From an uncultured SAR86 cluster bacterium (lineage in GTDB: Bacteria > Pseudomonadota > Gammaproteobacteria > Magnimaribacterales > D2472), in NCBI GenBank assembly GCA_902631785.1, contig CACOZT010000001.1:132741-196740 (forward strand): a DNA stretch of 64,000 bases, given 5' to 3'. Shown here one piece after another: positions 1 to 13,396 of the stretch. The notes beneath the pieces were generated by a model that ran no database searches, was not told where the DNA came from, and saw nothing but the letters and a program-made list of their open reading frames with translations. A program made the position numbers and the translations under genes. Numbering within the stretch: the first letter of the stretch is position 1; each line of letters starts with the position of its first letter.

Positions 1-1146
1 AATTGAATTTCCTAATAAAAGATTTTTTACAACATTTGATTTAATCCCGAAATTTGTATCCTCAGGGACTACTCCATAGTTCTCAACGATAGTCATTAAA
101 TCTAATTTTGACACAGCAACACCAACTAAATTTCCATCTAAGTCTATTATGGGTCCACCACTATTTCCCGGTTGAATTGCAGCATCAATTTGAATTTGGG
201 AATAGTTATTACCTATACCTGCCAAAGAACTTACTATTCCCTTTGTTACTTTAACGTTACTACTTATTTGCATACCAAACGGATATCCTGCTACAACAAT
301 TTCGTCGAGAATGCTTGGGTCTCTTTCTTTAAGTGTAAAAAAGTGATTAGGTTTAAAGTCTGCTTTGATAATTGCCAAATCATTTATGGCATCTTTCGCA
401 ATCAAAATGGATGTGTAAATTTCTCCCTTATGATGAACCTTTACTGCCTCGCACCCATCCACAACATGACTATTGGTGATAATGACACCTTGTTCATTTA
501 TGGCAAAACCTGTGCCAGATGCCACCGGTCTTATATTATTACTTTGTGATTTCGGATTATTATTTCCTTTACCATCTTCACCGGGTGGAGAAATTTTTGT
601 ATCTTTAGGGTTATTAAATTTATCAAACTCTCCCTTATAAGTTGAACCATCCTGGAAAGTTAATTCACCAAAAAGAATGCTGCCTCCTTTAAATTTTTCC
701 CAATTCCAACGATACTCAAGATAAAGGGTTGAACCATCTTTTTTTACTAAGTTGCCTTTTATTGGTTTATTTCTCTTAAATTGACCCTCGAATGTGTCTC
801 CATTCGGGTAATAATAAATTCCATTGCCATGCATACCTAAATCAGGATATTTTCTGCCCCATTCTCCATCGTATACTCCACCATCTTCATATTGCTGTTT
901 ACCTTCTGACCTTAATCCGTCGATCCAATAACCTTCATACTTAGTTCCTTTAGTTGCTACAAAAACTCCGTAACCATTTGATTGCCCATTGATGACAGAA
1001 CCAATATATTTGCCACCATAATCTCCTCCAAATATTTTTATGCACTTTGGGTGTGAACCATTAATTGGACAATTTGGGATATCGTCATTCGAAGAGAAAA
1101 CCTCGAAAGATAAAACTGCTAAAGAGATTAATAAGATATTTCTCAT
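1..1146 (-). CDS. secreted MORN-repeat / trypsin-like (S1, DegP-type core) serine protease; C-terminus lies beyond the window edge
   Basis: My own translation of the minus strand from ATG (1146..1144) gives MRNILLISLAVLSFEVFSSNDD... and stays open to base 1 (382 codons). MORN-like units: YEGYWIDGLRSEGKQQYEDG and GNGIYYYPNGDTFEGQFKRNKP. Protease motifs: GTGFAINEQGVIITNSHVV (His), NDLAIIK (Asp), GNSGGPIID (Ser). It is absent from the ORF track because it runs off the edge. Confidence 0.8.
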   Translation of the reverse strand, partial: MRNILLISLAVLSFEVFSSNDDIPNCPINGSHPKCIKIFGGDYGGKYIGSVINGQSNGYGVFVATKGTKYEGYWIDGLRSEGKQQYEDGGVYDGEWGRKYPDLGMHGNGIYYYPNGDTFEGQFKRNKPIKGNLVKKDGSTLYLEYRWNWEKFKGGSILFGELTFQDGSTYKGEFDKFNNPKDTKISPPGEDGKGNNNPKSQSNNIRPVASGTGFAINEQGVIITNSHVVDGCEAVKVHHKGEIYTSILIAKDAINDLAIIKADFKPNHFFTLKERDPSILDEIVVAGYPFGMQISSNVKVTKGIVSSLAGIGNNYSQIQIDAAIQPGNSGGPIIDLDGNLVGVAVSKLDLMTIVENYGVVPEDTNFGIKSNVVKNLLLGNSI

Positions 1147-1178
1147 TGAAATATTATGCGATTTAATTCGTCACCTCA

Positions 1179-3005
1179 CTACTCCACAGTGACTGATTTA
1201 GCCAAATTTCTTGGCTGATCGATATCGGTTCCTCTTAACAAAGCAACCTCATAAGAAAGAATTTGAAGTGGTATCGTATAAATAATTGGAGTTAATAGAA
1301 AGTCACATTTTGGCATGTTAATAAGTCTTCCAGATTTTAAGTCCATTGATATTGATGGATCAGAAAATACATATAAAGTTCCTCCCCTAGCCTTAACTTC
1401 TTCAAGATTAGAAACTAGTTTTTCAGCTATTTCACTTTCTGGCGCTAGTGCAATTACTGGCATTTCTTCATCTATCAAAGCAAGCGGCCCATGTTTTAAT
1501 TCACCAGCAGGATATGCTTCGGCATGGATATAAGAAATTTCTTTAAGCTTAAGCGCTCCCTCTTTGGCAATTGGATAGAAAATACCTCTTCCTAAAAATA
1601 GTGCATTATCTTTATTTGCTATCTCTGGAGCTATTTCTAAAATAGTATCTTTTAATTTCAAGGTTTCTTCTACTGTTTCTGATAAAGATCTAAGCGCTGT
1701 TATTACTCTAGTTCTTAAGTTTGGATTTCTTTCTCTACTTTTTGCTAAAGATAATGCCAATAACATCAGGGCTGCAAGCTGAGTAGTGAAAGCTTTTGTT
1801 GAAGCAACTCCAATTTCAGGGCCAGCATTTGTAAATATTGAATAATCAGATTCTCTTGCAAGAGAACTTGTTGGAACATTGCATATACATAGCGTGGATA
1901 AATAATCTTTTTCTTTTGAATATCTTAGTGCCGCAAGAGTGTCAGCGGTTTCTCCAGACTGTGAAATTGTGACCAAAAGAGAATCTTCATCTACATGAGG
2001 ATTTCTATATCTATACTCAGATGCATAATCTATTTGAGTTGGAAGCTCTGAGATTGCTGAGAACCAGTTAGCTGCAACACGGCCAGCATGTAAGCTTGTT
2101 CCACAAGCTACGATTTGTATTCTTTTAACTTTTTCAAACATTTCAGATGAGCCAAGACCAAATATATTATCTAAGACATCATCCCCGCCAACTCGCCCAT
2201 CAATAGTTTTAAGGATCGCTTCGGGCTGCTCGTATATTTCTTTTTCCATAAAATGACGATATTCGCCTTTCGAGGTTGTTTGACTTGAAATATCTATTTT
2301 AGAAATTTCTCTTTCAACTTGATTCTTAGATTCATCATAAATGGTGTAGTTCTCAGATGATAATTCTGCAACATCACCATCTTCTAAAAAGATAAACTCG
2401 TTGGTTAGTTGGCCTATAGCCAGTGGATCAGAGGCAGCTAAGAATTCGTCCATGCCTATTCCAATTAATAATGGTGATTTACTTCTGGCGATAATAATAT
2501 TTTTATCATCTTGTTTGTCTATGGCTGCTATTGCATATGCGCCCTCAAGCTTCTCTTTTGTTAGATACATAGAATCGAGCATGTTGTTTTCTTTACTGAG
2601 AAAATATTCAAGAAGGTGAGCAATTAATTCAGAGTCTGTTTGAGATGAAAAAGCATACCCTTCTTTTTTCAAAAACTCTTTTAGATCCAAGTAATTTTCA
2701 ATTATGCCATTATGAACAATATAGACTCTTTCATTTGATTTGTGTGGATGTGCGTTTTCTTCTGAAGGCTCTCCATGGGTAGCCCATCTAGTATGTGCAA
2801 TTCCAAGTTTGCTTTTAGGCTTTTCTGAAATCATTTTTTCTTCAAGTAATTTTACTTTTCCTAATGTTCTTAAGTGAGTAATTTGATCGGTCTGATGAAG
2901 TGCAATTCCTGCGGAATCGTAACCGCGGTATTCCATTTTATGAAGGCCTTGAACAAGCAATTTTCCAACGTTACGATTGGAAGCGGCAGCTATAATTCCA
3001 CACAT
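1179..3005 (-). CDS. glmS: glutamine--fructose-6-phosphate aminotransferase
   Basis: 608 aa. N-terminal MCGI (catalytic Cys2), tandem SIS-domain region, C-terminal ...AKSVTVE. Located downstream of glmU. Confidence 0.97.
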   Translation of the reverse strand: MCGIIAAASNRNVGKLLVQGLHKMEYRGYDSAGIALHQTDQITHLRTLGKVKLLEEKMISEKPKSKLGIAHTRWATHGEPSEENAHPHKSNERVYIVHNGIIENYLDLKEFLKKEGYAFSSQTDSELIAHLLEYFLSKENNMLDSMYLTKEKLEGAYAIAAIDKQDDKNIIIARSKSPLLIGIGMDEFLAASDPLAIGQLTNEFIFLEDGDVAELSSENYTIYDESKNQVEREISKIDISSQTTSKGEYRHFMEKEIYEQPEAILKTIDGRVGGDDVLDNIFGLGSSEMFEKVKRIQIVACGTSLHAGRVAANWFSAISELPTQIDYASEYRYRNPHVDEDSLLVTISQSGETADTLAALRYSKEKDYLSTLCICNVPTSSLARESDYSIFTNAGPEIGVASTKAFTTQLAALMLLALSLAKSRERNPNLRTRVITALRSLSETVEETLKLKDTILEIAPEIANKDNALFLGRGIFYPIAKEGALKLKEISYIHAEAYPAGELKHGPLALIDEEMPVIALAPESEIAEKLVSNLEEVKARGGTLYVFSDPSISMDLKSGRLINMPKCDFLLTPIIYTIPLQILSYEVALLRGTDIDQPRNLAKSVTVE

Positions 3006-3010
3006 AATGA

Positions 3011-4366
3011 TTAGTCCTTTTTCTTAGACCAGTTTTCTTTGTTATCTTGTTTTGCTCTTCCTACGCCAAGAGCATTATCAGGAACATCTTTAGTAATTAC
3101 CGATCCGGCAGCAACGTATGCATTTGAACCAATTGTAACTGGCGCAACCAAAGACGAGTTTGTTCCAATAAAACTACTATTTCCTATCTTAGTTTTATGC
3201 TTGTCCTTTCCATCATAGTTGCAAGTTATTGTTCCTGCTCCAATATTGGAATCGTCACCAATTTCCGCATCTCCCAAATATGCAAAATGATTAGCTTTAG
3301 AATCTTTGCCAACTTTTGTTTTTTTTGTTTCTACAAAATTACCGATTTTTGCTGAATCAGCTATATGACTTCCCTCTCTTAGTCTTGCGTATGGTCCAAT
3401 AGAACAATTTTTACCTACTTTTGATGAGACTAAATGCGAAAAAGCTTCTATATTTGAGTTATCGCCTATATCGACATCTTTCAAAATTGTATTTGGTCCT
3501 ATAGAAACGTTGTTACCAAGTGATACGTTTCCCTCCAAAATCACATTTACATCAATTTGACAGTCTGTGCCAGCTGAAACCTCTCCTCTGACATCAACTC
3601 TTGATGGGTCGGAAACGGTTATCCCCATATCTAATAGATCATTTGCTTTCATTTTTCTATATATTTCCTCTAACTCTGATAGCTCTCTTTTAGTATTAGC
3701 ACCCTTTACTTCATCATTCGGAACAATACATGTACTGATTTTAAACCCTTTTTTATTAATTATAGAAACAATATCTGTTAAATAGAATTCGGAAGCGGCA
3801 TTATCGTTGCTAACTTCATCAATTGCTTCCTCTAACAACGTCTTATTACAACAAAGTATCCCGGTAAAAATTTCTTTAACTTTTTTTTCGTCCTCTGACG
3901 CATCCTTTTCTTCAATTATTGATATTACAGCCCCATTTTCATTCTTTTTAACTCTTCCATACCCGGTTGGATTTTTTAGTTCCGTGCTTAGTATTGTGAG
4001 GCTCTCATCAGTAATTGAAATTAAATTATTGAGTGTCTCCCTCTTAATTAGAGGCACATCTCCATACAAAACTAAAACTTTTGAGTCTGTGTTTATTGAA
4101 TCTAAAGCAGATTTAACAGCGTCAGCCGTACCAATTGGTTTCTTTTGCTCACAGATATGATTTATTCCAGGAAATTTTTTCACTTCAGTGATAACGGAAT
4201 CTTTTTCATATCCAACAACAAAGGAAGTCTCTTCGGTTAAACTTAAAACAGTATTATGAATGCGCTTAAGCATTGACTGCCCGCCAACAGGTTGAAGAGA
4301 TTTTGCTTTTTTTGAGTGCATTCTAGAGCCCTCTCCAGCAGCTAGAATTACAGTATGAATTTTCAC
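3011..4366 (-). CDS. glmU: bifunctional UDP-N-acetylglucosamine pyrophosphorylase / glucosamine-1-phosphate N-acetyltransferase
   Basis: 451 aa. N-terminal LAAGEGSRM nucleotidyltransferase motif, C-terminal hexapeptide-repeat (left-handed beta-helix) region. Synteny atpC-glmU-glmS. Confidence 0.96.
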   Translation of the reverse strand: MKIHTVILAAGEGSRMHSKKAKSLQPVGGQSMLKRIHNTVLSLTEETSFVVGYEKDSVITEVKKFPGINHICEQKKPIGTADAVKSALDSINTDSKVLVLYGDVPLIKRETLNNLISITDESLTILSTELKNPTGYGRVKKNENGAVISIIEEKDASEDEKKVKEIFTGILCCNKTLLEEAIDEVSNDNAASEFYLTDIVSIINKKGFKISTCIVPNDEVKGANTKRELSELEEIYRKMKANDLLDMGITVSDPSRVDVRGEVSAGTDCQIDVNVILEGNVSLGNNVSIGPNTILKDVDIGDNSNIEAFSHLVSSKVGKNCSIGPYARLREGSHIADSAKIGNFVETKKTKVGKDSKANHFAYLGDAEIGDDSNIGAGTITCNYDGKDKHKTKIGNSSFIGTNSSLVAPVTIGSNAYVAAGSVITKDVPDNALGVGRAKQDNKENWSKKKD

Positions 4367-4388
4367 AATATAAGGCTAAATAGATACC

Positions 4389-4802
4389 TTACTGTTTTTT
4401 TCGCAATTTTTGAATAGTCTTAAGTCTTGCAACGGCTTCTGCAAGCTGAGCTGAAGCTTTGGCATAATCAATTGAGGTATCTTTATTTGCAAGTTCTTGC
4501 TCGGCAACCTCTTTTGCTTTAATCGCTTCTGATTCATCTAAGCTTTCTGCCCTCTCTGCTGTATCAGATAAGACAGTAACCAAATCTGGCTGTACTTCTA
4601 AAAAACCACCTGAGCAAAAGAATGTTTCTTCATCTGATCCATTTTGAACCCTTACAGGTCCAGCTGCTAGCCCAGTCAAAAGAGGAGTATGCCCAGGAGC
4701 TATTCCAAGTTCACCCAAAGTTCCAGTAGCAAATACCATGGTCGCTTCACCGGAATAAATTTCTTCGCTTGATGAAACAATATTAATTTTAATAGTTTTC
4801 AT
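4389..4802 (-). CDS. atpC: F0F1 ATP synthase subunit epsilon
   Basis: 137 aa. Last gene of the atp operon, immediately after atpD. Sequence is typical of the epsilon subunit. Confidence 0.93.
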   Translation of the reverse strand: MKTIKINIVSSSEEIYSGEATMVFATGTLGELGIAPGHTPLLTGLAAGPVRVQNGSDEETFFCSGGFLEVQPDLVTVLSDTAERAESLDESEAIKAKEVAEQELANKDTSIDYAKASAQLAEAVARLKTIQKLRKKQ

Positions 4803-4803
4803 A

Positions 4804-7075
<2,272 letters not shown>

Positions 7076-7085
7076 TTTTTATCAA

Positions 7086-8630
7086 CTAAAAAGTCTGAGT
7101 TTTTTTGAAATCTTCAACCAAGGCTGTAAATTGTGACTCAATGTCATCATTCCAATCACCGGTTGAGTTAATTTGTTCTTCAAGATCGCCTTTTTCGGAA
7201 GTTAAATATCCATGCAAGGCTTCTTCAAAATCAAGAATCTTTTCAACATCAACATCTGCCATATATCCTCTGTCTGCTGCAAATAAACTCAATGCTTGTT
7301 GAGCTACACTCATTGGAGCATACTGCTTTTGTTTGAGAAGTTCAGTAAATGCCTTACCGTTTGCAAGTTGTTGCTTTGTGGCATCATCTAAATCAGATGC
7401 AAACTGAGAGAAAGCTGCTAGTTCACGATATTGAGCCAAAGCAGTTCTTACTCCTCCTGCTAATTTTTTCATTATCTTTGTCTGTGCTGATCCACCAACC
7501 CTGGAAACAGATAAACCTGGATTAATTGCAGGCCTTACGCCGGAATTAAATAGTTCTGTTTCTAGATATATTTGGCCATCTGTAATTGAAATTACATTTG
7601 TTGGAACAAAAGCTGACACATCTCCAGCTAAAGTTTCAATAATTGGAAGAGCTGTTAACGATCCAGTTTTGCCCTTAACTTTTCCATCAGTAACTTGCTC
7701 AACGTAATCAGCACTTACCCTTGCAGCCCTTTCGAGCAATCTTGAATGGAGATAGAATACATCGCCCGGGTAGGCCTCTCTTCCCGGAGGTCTTTTGAGA
7801 AGTAATGATACTTGTCTGTATGCAACAGCTTGTTTTGAAAGATCGTCATAAACTATTAAAGCATCTTCACCTCTATCTCTAAAGTATTCCCCCATAGTAC
7901 ATCCAGCATAAGCTGACAAATATTGCATAGGTGCTGGATCAGCTGCGGTAGCAGAAACAACAATGGTATGTTCCATTGCTCCGTATTCTTCAAGCTTTCT
8001 TACAACATTAGCAACCGTCGATTGCTTTTGACCAATAGCAACGTATATACATTTTATTCCTGTACCTTTTTGGTTAATGATTGCATCAATCGCAACAGCC
8101 GTTTTGCCGGTCTGTCTATCACCGATAATTAATTCCCTTTGACCTCTTCCAATTGGAACCATTGCATCAACAGCCTTTAAGCCAATTTGAACGGGCTGAT
8201 CAACTGATTGACGAGCGATTACTCCTGGTGCAACAACTTCAACCGGTGAGGAGTGTTCAGCATTAATTTCACCTTTACCGTCTATTGGCGCTCCCAGAGT
8301 ATTTACAACCCTTCCAAGCATAGCTTCGCCAACAGGAACCTCTAAAACCTTGCCTGTACATACAGCCTTTTGTCCTTCAATAATTTCAAGGTAATCTCCA
8401 AGAACAACGGCACCAACAGAATCTTGCTCCAAATTAAGGGCCATACCTTTTGTACCATTTTCAAATTCAATAACCTCCCCATACATGACATCACCCATGC
8501 CATGAATTCTTACAATACCGTCAGATACGCTGACGACAATGCCTTCATTTTTTCTTTCTGCAGAAAGATCAAGACCAGCAATTTTCTCTTTTAAAACGCT
8601 GGAAATTTCTGATGGATTTAATTGGCTCAT
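7086..8630 (-). CDS. atpA: F0F1 ATP synthase subunit alpha
   Basis: 514 aa. Walker A GDRQTGKT. Position in the operon. Confidence 0.97.
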   Translation of the reverse strand: MSQLNPSEISSVLKEKIAGLDLSAERKNEGIVVSVSDGIVRIHGMGDVMYGEVIEFENGTKGMALNLEQDSVGAVVLGDYLEIIEGQKAVCTGKVLEVPVGEAMLGRVVNTLGAPIDGKGEINAEHSSPVEVVAPGVIARQSVDQPVQIGLKAVDAMVPIGRGQRELIIGDRQTGKTAVAIDAIINQKGTGIKCIYVAIGQKQSTVANVVRKLEEYGAMEHTIVVSATAADPAPMQYLSAYAGCTMGEYFRDRGEDALIVYDDLSKQAVAYRQVSLLLKRPPGREAYPGDVFYLHSRLLERAARVSADYVEQVTDGKVKGKTGSLTALPIIETLAGDVSAFVPTNVISITDGQIYLETELFNSGVRPAINPGLSVSRVGGSAQTKIMKKLAGGVRTALAQYRELAAFSQFASDLDDATKQQLANGKAFTELLKQKQYAPMSVAQQALSLFAADRGYMADVDVEKILDFEEALHGYLTSEKGDLEEQINSTGDWNDDIESQFTALVEDFKKTQTF

Positions 8631-8639
8631 ATTTTCACC

Positions 8640-9176
8640 TTAAAAATTTAATTGGTTTACAAGTTTTTTGACTTTTCCTTTAATTGAAAGGTCTAGTGTC
8701 TCATCTCCTATCTTGATTGATAGGCCGCCCATCATTGATGGGTCTTTAGAAAAATAAATGTTGGCATCTTTGCCGTAGGTTGATTTTAATTTTTGTTCAA
8801 TGTTTTGTTTAGCTTCTTTTCCTGGATCAACCGCAACAAATACTTCAACCGATTTTTGTTCTTTATGTTCCTCTAGAAGCTCTTGGTAAATAACGAAGAT
8901 TGTTTCAATAAGATTTAATCGTTTATTTTCAGCTAATATTTCTATAAGTTTTTTTGATGTTTCGGAAATACTTTCTTCAAATAAATTAAACAAAACATTT
9001 ACTACATCTTGTCTAGATAAAGCAGGATTTTCAATTGTGTTAATTACACCATCAGTTTTCGATGCTAGGGCCATGGTTTTTAACTCAGATGCCATCTCAT
9101 CAATTTTTTTAGACTCTAATGCAGATGAAAATAATGCTTTTGCATAAGGTCTGGCTAATGGTGTTAACTCAATCAT
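8640..9176 (-). CDS. atpH: F0F1 ATP synthase subunit delta
   Basis: 178 aa. OSCP/delta family N-terminus (ARPYAKALF). Position in the operon. Confidence 0.92.
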   Translation of the reverse strand: MIELTPLARPYAKALFSSALESKKIDEMASELKTMALASKTDGVINTIENPALSRQDVVNVLFNLFEESISETSKKLIEILAENKRLNLIETIFVIYQELLEEHKEQKSVEVFVAVDPGKEAKQNIEQKLKSTYGKDANIYFSKDPSMMGGLSIKIGDETLDLSIKGKVKKLVNQLNF

Positions 9177-9179
9177 TGA

Positions 9180-9650
9180 TTATAGTTCCTCAGCAGCTTT
9201 TTTAAGAATTTCTTCATGTTTTTCTTTGGAGATCTCGTCACCTAGAATTTTTTGAGTAGTGTCAATTATTATGTCTGACATTTGTTGTCTCAATTCTTCT
9301 TTAGCTTTATTGGTTTCATTTTCGATAGTTGTTGATGCTGAGGTTAGAATCTTTTCAGCTTCTGCCTCTGCTTTTGATGAAGCATCAGTAACTATTTGAG
9401 ACGCTCTTGCATTTGCTTTATCAAGAATTTCTGCTGCCTCGGCTTTTGCCTGATTGAGCTCCTTATCAAAAGCAAGTTTAGCCTCTTCCAAAGAATCGTC
9501 GGCTTTTTTCGCAGCCTCAAGACCATCAGTTATTCTCTTTTCTCTTTCTTTCATAACAGAGAGAATAGGTGGGTAGATATATCTCCAGCAGATTGCTACA
9601 AATACAATCATTACAACTGCTTGGGCAATTAAGGTTGCGTTTATATTCAT
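9180..9650 (-). CDS. atpF: F0F1 ATP synthase subunit b
   Basis: 156 aa. One N-terminal TM helix followed by a long charged Ala/Glu/Lys-rich helix. Position in the operon. Confidence 0.92.
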   Translation of the reverse strand: MNINATLIAQAVVMIVFVAICWRYIYPPILSVMKEREKRITDGLEAAKKADDSLEEAKLAFDKELNQAKAEAAEILDKANARASQIVTDASSKAEAEAEKILTSASTTIENETNKAKEELRQQMSDIIIDTTQKILGDEISKEKHEEILKKAAEEL

Positions 9651-9669
9651 TTTTTAACTTTTTTTATTT

Positions 9670-9900
<231 letters not shown>

Positions 9901-9914
9901 CTATAAGTTGAGGA

Positions 9915-11137
<1,223 letters not shown>

Positions 11138-11178
11138 ATTTGAGCTTTGGAGTATATTTATTTATTTTTCTGGCGGGA

Positions 11179-11207
11179 ATTATAAAAATATAATCATTTA
11201 TAAACAA
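11179..11207 (-). promoter_or_regulatory. candidate sigma70 promoter of the atpI-atp operon (TTGTTT-N17-TATAAT on the minus strand)
   Basis: Minus strand reads ttgttt ataaatgattatatttt tataat. It lies in the 82-bp parB-atpI spacer. Such hexamers are common by chance in AT-rich DNA. Confidence 0.35.
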
Positions 11208-11219
11208 GCTGTTTGTTGC

Positions 11220-12059
11220 TTATTTTTTGATCTTAGCAATGATGTTATCAAGCTCGTCTAGGCTTTTATAAAAAATAGATACTTTTCCAGATTTTTTATT
11301 CTTAGTCTCTAGTTCTATTTTATGTCCAAAAGCCTCAGACATTTCTTGTTCAATATTTAAAATGTCGGTATCTTTTGATTTTGATTTAGGCTGATTTTTT
11401 GGTTTGTTTTTTAATGAAATATTGGTTAAGTCTTTTACGGTTAGGCCTTCTTTGGTTATTTGTTTAGCCATTTTTTCTGCATCGGAGGAAGACATTGAAG
11501 CCAAAAGTTTTGCGTGACCTTTCTCAATTTTTCCTTCTGAAAGCAAGTCAAGAACAGATGGCGGCAAAGATAATATTCTTAGCGAGTTAGCAATTGTGCT
11601 CCTGGCCTTGCCTGTTGATGCGGCAACTTCGTCTTGCGTAAGACCGAACTCTCTCTTTAGTCTGTCTAGGCCCCTTGCTTCTTCAACGGGGTTAAGGTCT
11701 TCTCTTTGAAGATTTTCTATAAGTGCCGATACAAGAGCATCTTGGTCTTTTTTTTGGTCTACCAAACATGGGATTGTTTCTAATCCAGCCATCTTTGATG
11801 ACCTTAGCCTTCTCTCTCCTGCAATAACCTCATACTCGTTGAGGCCAAGCTCTCTGACAAGGATGGGTGAAAGCACGCCTTGTTTTCTAATTGATTCTGT
11901 CAATTCGTTTAATTTTTCTTTGTTAAAATTTGATCTTGGTTGAAATCTTCCTGGTTTTATTTTTGAAATATCTATTTCTTTTACAGACCTCTGGTTGGTA
12001 TTAGATTGACCTAAAAGAGCATCCAAACCCCTGTTAAGTGTTTTATTTTCTTCAGACAT
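11220..12059 (-). CDS. parB: chromosome partitioning protein ParB
   Basis: Start moved to ATG 12059 (MSEENKTLNRGLDALLG...), giving the usual 8-nt overlap with parA (ATGTCTGA). Contains the ParB box IAGERRLRSS and an HTH region. Confidence 0.95.
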   Translation of the reverse strand: MSEENKTLNRGLDALLGQSNTNQRSVKEIDISKIKPGRFQPRSNFNKEKLNELTESIRKQGVLSPILVRELGLNEYEVIAGERRLRSSKMAGLETIPCLVDQKKDQDALVSALIENLQREDLNPVEEARGLDRLKREFGLTQDEVAASTGKARSTIANSLRILSLPPSVLDLLSEGKIEKGHAKLLASMSSSDAEKMAKQITKEGLTVKDLTNISLKNKPKNQPKSKSKDTDILNIEQEMSEAFGHKIELETKNKKSGKVSIFYKSLDELDNIIAKIKK

Positions 12060-12813
12060 ACTCCACCTTTCTAATAAGCTCTCCCGCCAAAGCCAAATAT
12101 GCTTTTGCGCCATATGAGTCTGGTTTATATTTTATACCAGATATTCCATGGCTTGGGGCTTCTGCAAGCTTTACGTTTCTTGGAATGAGTGTATTGAACA
12201 CAAGATTTTGGAAATGTTTTTCAAGCTCATCAGAAACCTCTTTGGCAAGATTGTTTCTCATATCAACCATAGTTCTTACTATTCCAAGAATCCTGTTTGA
12301 GGACATGTTTTTGTCTGATATGGTTTGTATTGTATTCATCAGTCCTGTTACACCTTCTAAAGAATAATATTCGCATTGCAGTGGAATTAATGTTCCTGAG
12401 GCACAAAATAATCCTTCGATGGTAAGTTGGTTTAGGGTTGGTGGGGTATCTATAATGGTGTAATCATAGTTATTGGATATTGGTTCCATGTTTTTTGATA
12501 AGAATCCCTGTTTGTTGTCATTTCTAATTGCTATTTCAAGAGCTATAAGTTCCTCACCCCCAGGTATGATTTTATAGCCCTCTCTGCTTTCATAAATACA
12601 ATCTGTAATTGGAGTATTCTCAAAGTAGTGATTGTAAAGATTGGTAGGGTTTTTTTCTTCAACGCCCGCGGCGGTTGTGGCATTTCCTTGGGGGTCGAGA
12701 TCAATTAATAATACCCTTCTGTTGGTTGCTGCAAGGCTTGCAGCGAGGTTAACTGCTGTGGTTGTTTTGCCAACACCCCCTTTCTGGTTGGCAATTGTAA
12801 TTACTTTATTCAT
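12052..12813 (-). CDS. parA: chromosome partitioning ATPase ParA/Soj
   Basis: 253 aa. Deviant Walker A NQKGGVGKTT. Confidence 0.96.
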   Translation of the reverse strand: MNKVITIANQKGGVGKTTTAVNLAASLAATNRRVLLIDLDPQGNATTAAGVEEKNPTNLYNHYFENTPITDCIYESREGYKIIPGGEELIALEIAIRNDNKQGFLSKNMEPISNNYDYTIIDTPPTLNQLTIEGLFCASGTLIPLQCEYYSLEGVTGLMNTIQTISDKNMSSNRILGIVRTMVDMRNNLAKEVSDELEKHFQNLVFNTLIPRNVKLAEAPSHGISGIKYKPDSYGAKAYLALAGELIRKVEYV

Positions 12814-13396
12814 TGTTTTTTAACAAAACTATATTCCTTTCTTTTAATCCAGCCTCTTGTTTGATTATTTCATATCTGAACTTGTTTTTGTCGATATCTT
12901 TTAGCTCCTTTTTTATGACTGATTCTTTTCCTTTAAGCAAAAGATATTTTGTGCTTTTATGGGTGTTTGTTTTTGTAAGGTTTATTGTTTTCTCAATGGT
13001 TGCAAAGGCTCTTGAGACGATAATGTCAAAACTTCCAAGCTGATTGTTCTCATATATTGTCTTGTTTATAACGGTTGTGTTTTTAAGATTTAGTTCGTGA
13101 GATATTTTTCTTAAGAAATAACATTTCTTGTTGTTGCTCTCAAGCAGGCTGATGTTGTTAGATGGGTTTGTTATGGATAAAAGTATTCCTGGGAAACCTC
13201 CGCCAGAACCAAGGTCTAGTATGTTTTTGTTTCCGTTTATATGATTATCTAGGGGTTTGCAATCTAAAATGTCGTTTTCATACACTTCTTTGTAAGACGT
13301 TCTTGAAAAGATGTTGTGAGTTTTGTTAAATTCTAAGGCTAAATTTATAAATGCTTTTATTTTTCTTTCTTGCTCGCCTGTAAAGACTTTAGACAT
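12806..13396 (-). CDS. rsmG: 16S rRNA (guanine527-N7)-methyltransferase
   Basis: 196 aa. [13 protein letters not shown] motif and SRAFA motif. gidA-gidB synteny. Confidence 0.94.
   Translation of the reverse strand: MSKVFTGEQERKIKAFINLALEFNKTHNIFSRTSYKEVYENDILDCKPLDNHINGNKNILDLGSGGGFPGILLSITNPSNNISLLESNNKKCYFLRKISHELNLKNTTVINKTIYENNQLGSFDIIVSRAFATIEKTINLTKTNTHKSTKYLLLKGKESVIKKELKDIDKNKFRYEIIKQEAGLKERNIVLLKNNE

Noticed and set aside
172-549. 125-aa plus-strand ORF, the only ORF the track offers in the first 1.1 kb
   Set aside because: It lies antisense to a continuous 382-codon minus-strand frame with clear MORN and serine-protease motifs. Its own sequence is low-complexity, Cys/Asn/Phe-rich, and has no recognisable motif.
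12060-12113. Upstream extensions of ORF-track genes: parB to 12113, atpD to 6228, the cox-cluster hypothetical gene from 39971, and the lpxL-family gene from 26386
   Set aside because: The extensions overlap the preceding gene and add non-conserved residues ahead of canonical N-termini ([41 protein letters not shown]). Internal ATGs with better context were chosen instead.
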